Source of the DNA: Chlorokybus atmophyticus
Taxonomy: Eukaryota > Plantae > Mesostigma and Chlorokybus algae
NCBI GenBank assembly: GCA_009103225.1
Contig: RHPI01002069.1
Span: 1,134,962 to 1,198,961 of the forward strand
Length of the DNA: 64,000 nucleotides
Reading direction: 5' to 3'
Of this stretch, positions 37,801 through 48,864 are shown in pieces. Position 1 is the first letter of the stretch; every line of letters begins with the position of its first letter. The position numbers and the translations under genes are program-made. The notes beneath the pieces were generated by a model that had not been told where the DNA came from, ran no database searches, and worked only from the letters and a program-made list of their open reading frames with translations.

Positions 37801-38901
37801 AACTCCTGGACACATATCATAATAGAGTGCTGCCAAAGCCGCATGCGAGCTTGCGCTAATCTGTGTTAAGTGCACCTGAATCTTCTCATTGACTACTTCA
37901 CGCGTTCCGCCCTTGCTTTTGCCAAAGTAAGGGGAGGCAGTCATGCCGAATATAATTGGTAGCTCCCCAGCACTGGAGCTTCCTGAATTACCTTCACTGG
38001 CTGCAGTTTGAGCTTGCAACAGACGCGCGTAGTGCTTGGACATGATCAAAGCATAGGGGTGGTTGCCGCGCGCATGATGGCATTCGTCAATGATGATCAA
38101 GCCGGCTCGTGAAAGGTGAAAAAAGCCGTGGTCGAGAATGTTCAGTAGAATCTGATGTGTCATCACCAACACCTGCATTGCAACGAGTTCAACGCCGTAA
38201 GCACCTCCGTGCAGTGCATGTGACCAAAGTGCATCAGCTTGGGCACAGTGTGCTTGCAAAAGAGTGTCAACCAGAGCACATGCCATGTGTCGCCCGCTGC
38301 AATGGTGAGCACCTCGTTCTCTGCAAACTCCTTTTTCCAACGTTGCAGGTCCCACATATCAACACCACAATCGCCCCAATACTTGCCGACCTTTAGCGCT
38401 GTGTGGCGCTCTACGTAAGCCGCTTGCTGCACAATCCACCAACAGTCACATCACACAGCATCCCCTACACCATTACGCAGTGCGCGAGGTTACGATGTTG
38501 CTGCCTCACCTGTGCCACAAGAGGCACCTTGGGCACCAGGAAGAATGTATGTCGCTTGCCAGGTTGTGCATGACGGTTGCGTATCAACAGGCAAGCTATC
38601 AGCGTCTTGCCTGCCATTGCACAGACTGTTGAAAGAACACCCTACACCTGAACACGAGCTGCTGCACAATACATAGTTACTGTGGCAGTTTTTAAATCTA
38701 TGCAAGCTCACCTGCCCCTGTTTCAAGGTACACGAGCGTATTTCTGGCAAGCGCACGCTCAAGAAGCTCCAGCTGATACTCGCGCGGGGTCTCACCAAAA
38801 TCATCAGTTGCAAGCATGCATGAATCGCGGGTATCGCATGCTTCGTCTTGCTTGCTGTTGGTTGGTGTGCCAAGCGTGTCTTTAACACTCGCAGTCGCCA
38901 T
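31821..38901 (-). CDS. DCL: Dicer-like endoribonuclease (helicase, DUF283, platform/PAZ, 2x RNase III, dsRBD)
   Basis: PREYQLEL..ETGAG; DECHH; GMTASP; VAEEGIDI; QSRGRAR; KKAKQSAALEAC; ERLEVLGDA..DAVE; QRLEFLGDA..DILE; dsRBD KKMAKKMAAIAAL. Confidence 0.93.
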
Positions 38902-40238
38902 GGCGAACACTATGTAACAGTGACAGCGCTGGGTTCTAGATGTCTATAATACGAAGTTGCTGGCCAACAAGGTCCGAATCTCACAGCAATACAAACGAGA
39001 CGGACGCAACGCCAGCGGAGCAGTGCAAGCGGGACAAGCAACAACTGCGTACACGCTGATTGCCCAGCGTCGCTGGTCTGCTGTCACGTCAACATCAGGT
39101 GGCAAGGCTGAGGTGGACGTGAGGTCCTGCTCTAAACAGTGAAGTAGAGCAGCCTGTGAAGTTAATGGTCGTCATCAAATCAAAGTACACTGCAAACATA
39201 AAGCACTGAGTGTTGCGTTCGCGTATGACTGCGCGTTGCAGATGGTGTGTTGCGTTACAAGCAGCGTGGGACAATGCTAGACGCAGTCGACTTGTTATTT
39301 AAGGCTTACGCAGGAGCCACTAACTATCACGCAAAGTGGCAAACTGTTTACCAAGTGGATTACAACAGCACACAAAACTCAAGCCTCCGACAAAACTCTT
39401 AACAGTCGCGTCATACTTTACATAGATTTCGCATGCGAGCACCACGCAGCAGCGGAACGAGCATGCATCTTTCAACAAGCTGTAAATTGATGTTACCAAC
39501 CTGAACAAGCCAGGGGCACAATTAGCCCCGGCGGAAATGCGGTCAGATCATGCTGGTTGCCACCGCCTCAGCAGCACCAACTGCCAGTCTCGGCATGCAT
39601 AAGGAGAGTACCCACAGCCGACCAGCGGCCGTCAAGGCCAGCTGTCCATCGCCGCCAAGCCCATCTCACACATTGTGCTGCACTCAGCGGCACAGCGACG
39701 CAGCGACCGAATGCGACTTTGCTTTGCTTTCTCTCCGCTGTGCCATGTGTCAAGCCCTAGATCGGACGGTCTGCGGCAGACAGAAGATACCTGTGCCGGC
39801 TGCTGAGGCCCACATCGGCCGTACGATGGCCTTCATCTTGAGCTTATCCGCAGTATGCATTGTATGCGAGACCGTAGGCAGGGCGGCGGCGGCGGCGGCG
39901 GAGGTGTGGTGGGGTCCCTGCAGCAGGGAAACCGCATGCTTCAAAGCGTTGGGTCTGAACACCTTTTCTGAACGGTAATGCTACTTATTGCTGGTTGCCG
40001 AAGGCTTACATATGCAATATGCGGTGGGCTCTGCTTGCTGAGCTGCGAGTCTTGCTTGCAATGGCCTCTAGCATTTGGTTATCTTGCTGCCTCTTTGGTT
40101 ACGTTACAAAGTGAAAATGAAAGGAGTGATTGACAGTGTCCTGCATGCTGCAGCAGCGGCCTACAGCGGTTGCATTGCGCGCGACGCCTGTGAGTCCGCT
40201 TTTCATTGTTTGCATTTGTTGCAACGCAGTTAATAGCT

Positions 40239-41561
40239 ATGGCTAGCGCGGCTCTGTGCGCGTGCTCCACGTCGCCATGCTGCTCAACCGAGCATACGGC
40301 GAGGCCATGGAGGCTAGAAAGAAGCACGTGCATGCCGCACAAGGCGATGGGCACGGCGATAAAAGCATCGCATGCACGCACGCATTTCAGTATTCGCGCC
40401 AGCGCTGGCAATGGTGTGAGCAAGCTTGAGACCCAAGTGCAGAACGAAGCCGAGAGCAGCACCAGTAGCACGAAGTTTGACGTCAGCAGCAACTGTGTCA
40501 CTCCCGTTTACAGGTAGACTGCCATGCTGAGGACATGTGCGCATGCACCAGCACTGCGGCCATGCTGAGCTCACATATGCTTGCTGGATGCAGTGCTTTC
40601 TGAAGCACTTTGTCACAACAGTACTTGCAGCGGTGGCATGCGTTTATAGCGAGGTGTTGGCTGCAGGTCTACGCCTTGGAAAGCTGAAGCAAGCAAAGCA
40701 GCGACAGCCACCAGCCAGATTAGAATACTGTTTGTTAGCGAGGGGAACGTGTGCCGCTCTGTGCTAGCAGAAGCGTTCTTCAATGCAGTGTTGAAGGAGA
40801 ACGGGCTCAGCGAGTTGGTAGAGTGTGAGTCGAAAGGATCCAGAAACTACAATGAGGGAGAGGAGCCCGATGAGCGAGTAGCAGAGGTGATGGTAGCACT
40901 GCTGGGAATAATCAGACTTCACACCAGTTTGCGTGTTTCTTACACAGTAGTGTTTCTCAGGTTGCCCAGGACATGGGAGTATCACTCCCTGAGGGCATGA
41001 CCGCACGCGTGTTTGTACCTGCTGAGGACATTGTTGCGTATGACCTAGTGGTGGTGATGGACAAGTTCAATGCTTCGGATGTTCTGAAGGAGGTGTCTGT
41101 GTACGACACTATCCACAAGTCGGGGAACTATTCTGTGCGCGTTCGCAAATTAGGTGAGAGGCTAGGTCAGAGCATCATACAATTTCTACCCGTTGTGGTC
41201 AGCACGCAGCACTGCACTGCGCTTGCGTCAAAAGCCTGAGAGCAGGCTTTTGACGCAGGCTTTTCATACAACATGTTGGTGATTCATCTAACCGTTGCTG
41301 CCAGGCGAGTTCCGCACACCGCCTGTTGACGATATTGACGACCCATTGTACGGGAACGATGAGACACCGGAGGAGATGGAGTATTTGCGCGCAACAGCAA
41401 GAATGCTGCAAGAGTCTTGCAAGGGTCTTGTGGACTACATCATTGGTGTGCGGCAAGCATGTGCCAAAACGCAGCAGCCCTTGAAGGAAGCTTTCTCACA
41501 GTCAATATGCGGCATGCAGGCCATGGACTGGCTCGTGCCACCCATGCTACAGAAGCGTTGA
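40239..41561 (+). CDS. Plastid-targeted LMW-PTP family protein, predicted catalytically inactive
   Basis: ILFVSEGNVCRS P-loop (Ser where Cys is expected); YDLVVVMDKFN; DIDDPLYG. Confidence 0.85.
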
Positions 41562-43183
41562 ATTGCTCGGTAGTCATGCAGCGGTTGTGTTGACAATTAC
41601 AAACACTAGACATACCCACAACATGTAGCAGCGTTAATGTTTGGACTTGGTTACTCTCTTACTCCCTCGATGGAGGCCCTTGAGGAATATGTGGGATAGC
41701 TGAGCTCGAGGGGAGGCAGTGAGTACAACCAGGAGCAAAAGCCAGGTCATGTCGTGTATTGGCAATGATTAGCAAAGAAGTAGCTCAGCAGACCTTCGAG
41801 GTCGCCTGCCTTGATAAAGAGTTTGAGGTTGCAGTCAGCATGATGTCTGATCTGTGCTGTTGCATAACACACCCTTGGGATTGATGGGACGGCTGTTGAA
41901 TACGGTTACTCTCATAGTTGCAAGTCAGATTCTGCAATGTCATTGTACAAAGGATGCCAGGCGGGTCACACGCATGCAAGTAACATTGCACTCATGATAT
42001 ACATGAACTTAGCACAGAGCCCGTGTGGGCAGGTAATGCACAGATACGTATGTATGCATGCCTAACGGGGAGGTCTAGACTAGTGCAGTGTAGTGAGGAA
42101 CAAACAGTGTGTATAGCCCGGTGGTTGTGTTGTAATGTGCTTGCATGTTGCTGTTTGGCATGCTGTGAGTGAGGTGATGCATGTCTCGAACTACTGCCAG
42201 CATATCCTATACAAGCGTCCGACACTTTGCATGCAGCCTACGTAGCGTACCATCTCTTATACACCATTGCCACCATGCGTTCACATACAACACCACCGGG
42301 CTACACACCAACATACTGCTACTACGCTACTCACTAAGCACAACGCTAACTGATCACTTACCGTACTCAATCAACATTATGCATGAGTACTTTTATGTAC
42401 GCAAGTAGTGGTAATCTATTATTGCCTAGAAAAAACAACTGCACAAGTGAGGAGTACAATGTCTTTGTATTTTTTAGGGAATTTTCTAGAGAAGCCCCCC
42501 CCTCAATCTTCACATATTTTNNNNNNNNNNNNNNNNNNNNNNNNNNNNNNNNNNNNNNNNNNNNNNNNNNNNNNNNNNNNNNNNNNNNNNNNNNNNNNNN
42601 NNNNNNNNNNNNNNNNNNNNNNNNNNNNNNNNNNNNNNNNNNNNNNNNNNNNNNNNNNNNNNNNNNNNNNNNNNNNNNNNNNNNNNNNNNNNNNNNNNNN
42701 NNNNNNNNNNNNNNNNNNNNNNNNNNNNNNNNNNNNNNNNNNNNNNNNNNNNNNNNNNNNNNNNNNNNNNNNNNNNNNNNNNNNNNNNNNNNNNNNNNCC
42801 CCTTTTACAAGACAAAAAGCACTGCACTCCAAAATTTTTATGCTTCTTTGATGGCGGGCGCAGGCTCTTCCAAGTAAATACGGTAGTGACGGAGCTGCAT
42901 ACATAGTCGTGTATATAGCACGAGGTGAGTGTGTTCTGCAGAGTGTTGCATGCGTGGTGTGGTCTGAATGGGCATACCCCTCTAGCATTTTCTGTACAAC
43001 TTGTGTATGCAGCTCCATCACTACCATTCACACGCTTGTATACCACAAGCGTGTGTATGGTGGTATGTCATTTACTGTAACAGCATATCGCGGGCCAATG
43101 TCTGCGCGCAGGAACATTCTTACGTCGAGGGGCCCAGCGTACCTTCGGCGACTGACGTGCATCGCTAACCGAGGTGCTGACAC

Positions 43184-43336
43184 GCCACGTGGGCCGACCA
43201 CTACTGCATGCTTATCCCGGAATTCATCGGACGGCAGCGGTAACATTGACGCCATGCCCAGCACCTGAAGACCGTCGGATGTTGTATCTGGACCTCGCCG
43301 ATAATTAGGCCACAAAGTAACTACCGTTTATAAATA
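43184..43336 (+). promoter_or_regulatory. Catalase promoter: G-box (CACGTG, 43186-43191) and TATA box (43329-43336)
   Basis: GCCACGTGGG and TATAAATA lie upstream of a GC-rich leader and the ATG at 43551. Confidence 0.55.
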
Positions 43337-43550
43337 ACCTAACGTGGCTTCACCGCAGCAAGGTGGCTAACATACTTCAAGCCGCGGATGTCACGAAGGT
43401 TGCTGAGTTGAGTTTATCGCAAACCCTAGCCTACACACTGACGTTGTTGCCTTGGGGCGCTGGTGCTACGCGGGGCAGCGGCGAGCGAGGTGTGGGCATT
43501 GTTGCCGGCGTTGGACTGACAGGACAGCGGGTTGTTTGAGCCTCTGCATC

Positions 43551-46321
43551 ATGGATCCCTACAAGGTGAGTTCTCATGCCTGTGCTGGTTGGTTCTGATT
43601 TGCTTCCGAGCTAGGGCTTTCTGCCGCTGGTCCCCGCATGTTGCAAAAGCCGTCGGCGCTTAGCTCTCGTTGCTGTCGGGTTGCGTGAAAGCGTCCTACA
43701 TTTTGAGCGACGTTGCATGGCTGTGGTTTCCCAGGCCGTTCCGCCGGTAGCAACATGCACATCATGTGCGTGATTGTGTGCATGTCGTTGTGATTGTTAG
43801 TGTAGCTTGCTCTGCGCATGTGCGTACCCTGTGCAGTGCAACTGGCCGGTGGGACGTCTAAATCAGCGATTGTGTGCTAGGCTCGGTTGCAATGCTTGCA
43901 GTGTGCGTCTGGGAATTTCAAGGGCGTCTTTTTGCTCCATGGCTGCGTGCGGTTCTTGTCAACCATTTGGCCATCCACTCATTGTATTTTCATTCGCAGT
44001 ATCGTCCTTCCAGTGCGTACAACACTCCATACTACACAACCAACACTGGTGCTCCGGTCTGGAACAATCTCAGCTCCTTGACTGTTGGCCCCCGAGGTAT
44101 GTTGTGCTTGGCAACATAACAGCATTGGTGTACTTAAGGCATGCTGTCACCACGGTCTCTCCTTCAAGTTCAGTGCGGCACTCATTGGGTTGTGGACGCA
44201 GAGGGCAATGTGTGCATAGTCGCATGCATGGCCTTGCATGCCTGCAAAAACAATCACTTTGTCTCAATCAATCCACTGCACAAATATGCAGCATGGTTGT
44301 TGAGTGAGGAGATTGCAATGGTCGACCGAGCAGTTGGAGATTTGCCAAGTATTCGTTTGCAGGTCCTGTGCTGTTGGAAGACTACCAGTTTGTGGAGAAG
44401 ATTGCCAACTTCGATCGCGAGAGGATTCCGGAGCGTGTTGTGCATGCACGTGGAGCAGTCGCCAAGGGCTTCTTCGAGGTTACGGCAGATGTCACCAATT
44501 TGACGTGCGCAGACTTCCTCCGTGCACCTGGGGTTCAGACGCCTGTCATTCTTCGTTTTTCCACTGTCATCCACGAGCGGGGATCTCCAGAGACTCTTCG
44601 TGATCCTCGTGGTTTTGCTGTCAAGTTCTACACACGAGAGGTAAGTGCTTTCCAAGTGTGCTTTGTTAGGCTTTGCCCTTAGGTCGTGTTTTGATAATCA
44701 TGTTCGGGGCCGTGGGAGGGGAGTAGTCGTTACAGCGTTTACTGGATTGATTCTTGCATGTGTCTATGCTTATATGGTGCGACTGTGTGGGCTGCTGGTT
44801 GATACTAGGTGTACGCAGTGTTGCACAGTTGTGTATAGTGGTCGCAGCATCAATTATATGGCTGCAAGCTTGTCTCCTATTGTCTGGATGTGTATGGGCA
44901 GTGAGTGCGCATCTTCAACAATTTGTTGTCTTGTTGCAGGGCAATTTTGATATGGTTGGCAACAACATCCCGGTCTTCTTCATCCGTGATGGCATGCAGT
45001 TCCCTGATATGGTGCATGCGCTGAAGCCAAACCCCAAGAGCCACATCCAGGAGGACTGGCGGATTATGGATTTCTTCTCTCACCACCCAGAGAGCTGCCA
45101 CATGTTCACCTGGCTGTTTGATGATATGGGCATTCCTCAGGACTACCGCCACATGTTCGGGTTTGGTGTGCACACCTTTAGGCTCATCAACCGCGAGGGG
45201 AAGGCCACATATGTCAAGTTTCACTGGATCCCCAAGCAGGGCATCAAGTGCCTGCTGGATGATGAGGCTGTCCTCATTGGCGGAGCCAATCACAGCCATG
45301 CGACCAAGGTAGAACTTGTTTATTGCAGCTGACATCGATTTGCTGCCTGGCTGTTGTTTCATTCCTGGCATTTGTGGGTTAACAATTGCCCTGTTAACTT
45401 TAATCGTACATTTTTACGGATTTCTCTTTCACATTGCTGACCACATATATGTGCAGGATTTGTATGATGCCATTGCTCGTGGAGATTACCCAGAGTGGAA
45501 GTTGTGCATCCAGACCATGGACCCTGCTGATGAGATGAAGTTCGACTTTGACCCTCTGGATGACACCAAGATCTGGCCTGAAGATCAGTTCCCATTGATG
45601 GAGATTGGACGCCTGGTCCTGAATCGTAACCCAGACAACTTCTTTGCTGAGAACGAGCAGGTTGCATTCTGCCCTGGTCTCATTGTCCCAGGTATCTACT
45701 ACACGGACGACAAGATGTTCCAGACTCGTGTGTTCTCGTACTCGGACACCCAGCGCCATCGCCTTGGACCCAACTACCTTCAGCTGCCTGTGAATGCGCC
45801 CAAGTGTGCGCACCACAACAACCACCATGAGGGTTTCATGAACTTTATGCATCGTGATGAGGAGGTGAACTACTTCCCGTCGCGCTTTGACAATGTGCGG
45901 CATGCTGAGAAGCATCCCATTCCTTCCGCCACCCTGCACGGGCAGCGCGAGCGGGTAAGCGCAGTACTCTGGTTGTGTATGCTTTCTGTTGGTGCCTGGT
46001 TGAGCACTGGTTGAGTCTGCAGCAGTGGCAAATCCAGTTGCAAGTTTTGGTTTTGGTTTTGTTTGTCTGTGGTCAATTGTTAGTCTGTGCTTTTCACAGG
46101 TGTTTATTGAGAAGGAGAACAACTTCCAGCAGCCTGGAGAGCGCTTCCGCTCGTGGCCTGCTGATCGTCAGGAGCGTTTCATCAACCGGTTTGCCTCGGC
46201 ACTGTCGGACCCGCGTTGCACTCACGAGATCCGGCGCATCTGGATTGGCTATTGGTCGCAGTGTGATGCTTCCCTGGGCCAGCGGATTGCCAAGCGTCTC
46301 AACATGAAGCCCAACATGTAG
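43551..46321 (+). CDS. CAT: Plant-type monofunctional heme catalase, 492 aa, 6 exons
   Basis: Exons of 15, 97, 278, 369, 498 and 222 nt sum to 1479. Motifs [22 protein letters not shown] and RVFSYSD; C-terminus RLNMKPNM. Confidence 0.97.
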
Positions 46322-46653
46322 TTTCCTGATCTTCTCAATGTATAGAACTCTGAACCATAGCTTGTAGCCTGTCCTGTTGTCCGGCCAGTCACCCAGAGCA
46401 TGGAATTGCAACAGACTAGTACTTGGAACCATAGCTTGTAGCCTCAAGGCTGGTGTTTGTCATAATATCATGGTTGTACCCAGCGGCCGTTGCCTTTGCA
46501 TGGGTATGTACACAAAATGCAAGACGTATGCGCATGCATAGAATATGCGACGCACCCCACTCGCATGTCTGCTACATACAAAACCACGGGGTGTGTACTG
46601 GGTAGGCAGCTGCGGGGTGCTATACCATACATGTTGCAGGTGTGTTCACACGT

Positions 46654-46864
46654 GCGCTCAGTTGGTAGATATGCACATTCACATGCACAGCAGCCATCAA
46701 TCACCTATTAGCACAATCAAGTTACCACCGCTAGGCTACATGCTTCATCAACTACACCGCCCGGCATGTTTGCATGCGCACTCAGTTGGTAGACATGCAC
46801 ATTCACATGCAGAGCAGCCATCAACCACAGCTATTAGCACAATCAAGTTACCATCGCCAGGCTA
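46654..46864. repeat. Two ~86-bp direct repeats (46654-46738 and 46778-46864)
   Basis: GC(G/A)CTCAGTTGGTAGA...CTATTAGCACAATCAAGTTACCA occurs twice. Confidence 0.85.
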
Positions 46865-48864
46865 AGTGTATTATTAACTAAACCCACTCACCCCACATGC
46901 ATAGCCCCTTCGCAGCAGCCAGTCATACTTGCCACAGCGCCGTCTTGTGTGCGCGAGTGGCATGGCATACGCAAGGACAATAGCATGATTGACACAGCAA
47001 ATCCAACTACATAGAGCGTACACATGGCAAACAATGGCAGTGGATGGGTGTTGAGGTAAAATGGGGATTGGGTGAAGGAGGTGGTGCCAATAAGCAAAAA
47101 GTCAGCGATAGTCAGCAAGAAAGCAAAGCATAGCATAGAAGTGTACCGGGCCCTTTAGCAACACGTGCGTGACTGGAAGCAGCATCAAGAACACAGCACC
47201 GCACCTGCCACGCAGTGCGCATGTTGCAATGACAAGTATGCGATCAATGTAATCGCAACATATCGCTATTATTTTCGCGCTAGCCAGAATGTGAGCACGA
47301 TGGCAGGGTAAGACATGTCAGTGTCAGTGCGCGGTGCTAGCGTGACATGCGCTGCAACTTGCAACTACAATTGTACATTGCACTTGAACATATCAACAAG
47401 CGTGTGACAGCTTAATTGATGTCAAATTGTGCTGTGCTCTATGTGTGCGATTGTGGTGTGTGGCTAGGCATGCTTGAGATGATAAATGAACAGTTAAATC
47501 TGTATTGTGATAGAGTGGGAAGTGAAATGGTACCACCGGTATAGCTATGCTATGCCTCCCCGTATCCCCACCCCGCAGCATAAACAATACAAAGCATAGT
47601 GTAGCCATCAAGGTACACTATGTAATTAAGTAGATTATGCCTCTTGCATCTTATCATACGCTATCTGTATTACAATCAAAGGAGTACAAGCAATTATCAT
47701 ATGAATGTGTCTAGGTCTCCATACTCGTCGTCACAACATCATCAATTGCAACCACGTTGTAATCAACACTAATGTTATGACTAGCAACATTTGCTGTGCT
47801 ATCACTAGCAACCAACAGCGGCACAAAATCAACATTCAAACCTTGTTGTAAGCGCATCATTGATGGCCGGCATTGATGTGCATTTAGCGAGGTGTGCCTC
47901 GCTTCATGCACAATGTGCCTACAGCGAGATTTCCCGTCTTGCATGCACATTGTGCATACTGCGACGACCTCTTTGTATGCGCATCGTGCTTGCATAAAGG
48001 GAAGCAATAGATTTTGGACAGTTACCCTCGCTGTACACGTTTGCACAACATAACTGTTTCAGCTGTGCTTAGATGAAGTGCGGTGCTTACACATGGTGGT
48101 ACTTTGCCATATGCCGTTGTGTTCCCATGCATAACGTGCATTCAGGTTGTGCACATGCTGCAGTGTACATACAGACAGGTTAGACTGTACTGACTTGGTA
48201 CAATTAAGCCTTGGCAACATGGTATCTGAGTATAAAACCCATCTATGGTTCAGTAATCCTACCTACATTGTGTAACACGTTCGCTGCACACGTGCCCTTG
48301 GAGGATAGGGATAACACAGGGCAGCTGCTGACTACAGCTCTGTGCGCTAGCTGAGTGCAGTGCATGTGGCGAAATGGGCAGGAATGGACGGGAAGTTGCC
48401 AAAGCAGTACAGATAGCATACCTGGAGCCAAAGGTAGTTGGCTGTTTAGTGCTCGGGGAGTGGTGGTTCAGAGGGTGGAGAGGGTGCAGTGCAATGATGT
48501 GCTGCGCGCCTGTGTATCTGCCGTTGTCCCGCCAACTGTCCACCGACTGCTCTGTCGAATGATCATGCCTGTTAGTAGAGTCCACCGGCTTATTCAGCCA
48601 CACATCGAGAAGCTTGCACATGCATTAGAGTAGTGCAGATAAAGGCGTCCACTTGTCCCTCAACACCCTCGTCACCCTTATGACGCCATCAACATCAGGA
48701 ACGGTCACTGCGCTTCCATTTGCATGTCGCAACTACACCACGTTATTGTAACAAAATAACGCTTGTGCAGTCTGCGACACGGCAACAATAGATGAAGCAT
48801 ACATATAATTTTGACTCCAGCGGACTACTACACACATTCTATAAGCAATCAAACTACTAAGACA

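Noticed and set aside
31821-38901. Functional link between the Dicer and the retrotransposon array
   Set aside because: They are 20 kb apart with ordinary genes between; proximity alone is not evidence.
39320-39978. Small ORFs between DCL and the LMW-PTP gene
   Set aside because: No recognisable product; probably leader or promoter sequence.
46888-48640. Hydrophobic and Cys/His-containing short ORFs (possible TM protein or SWIM/MYND remnant)
   Set aside because: Motifs are incomplete and no consistent exon chain could be built.
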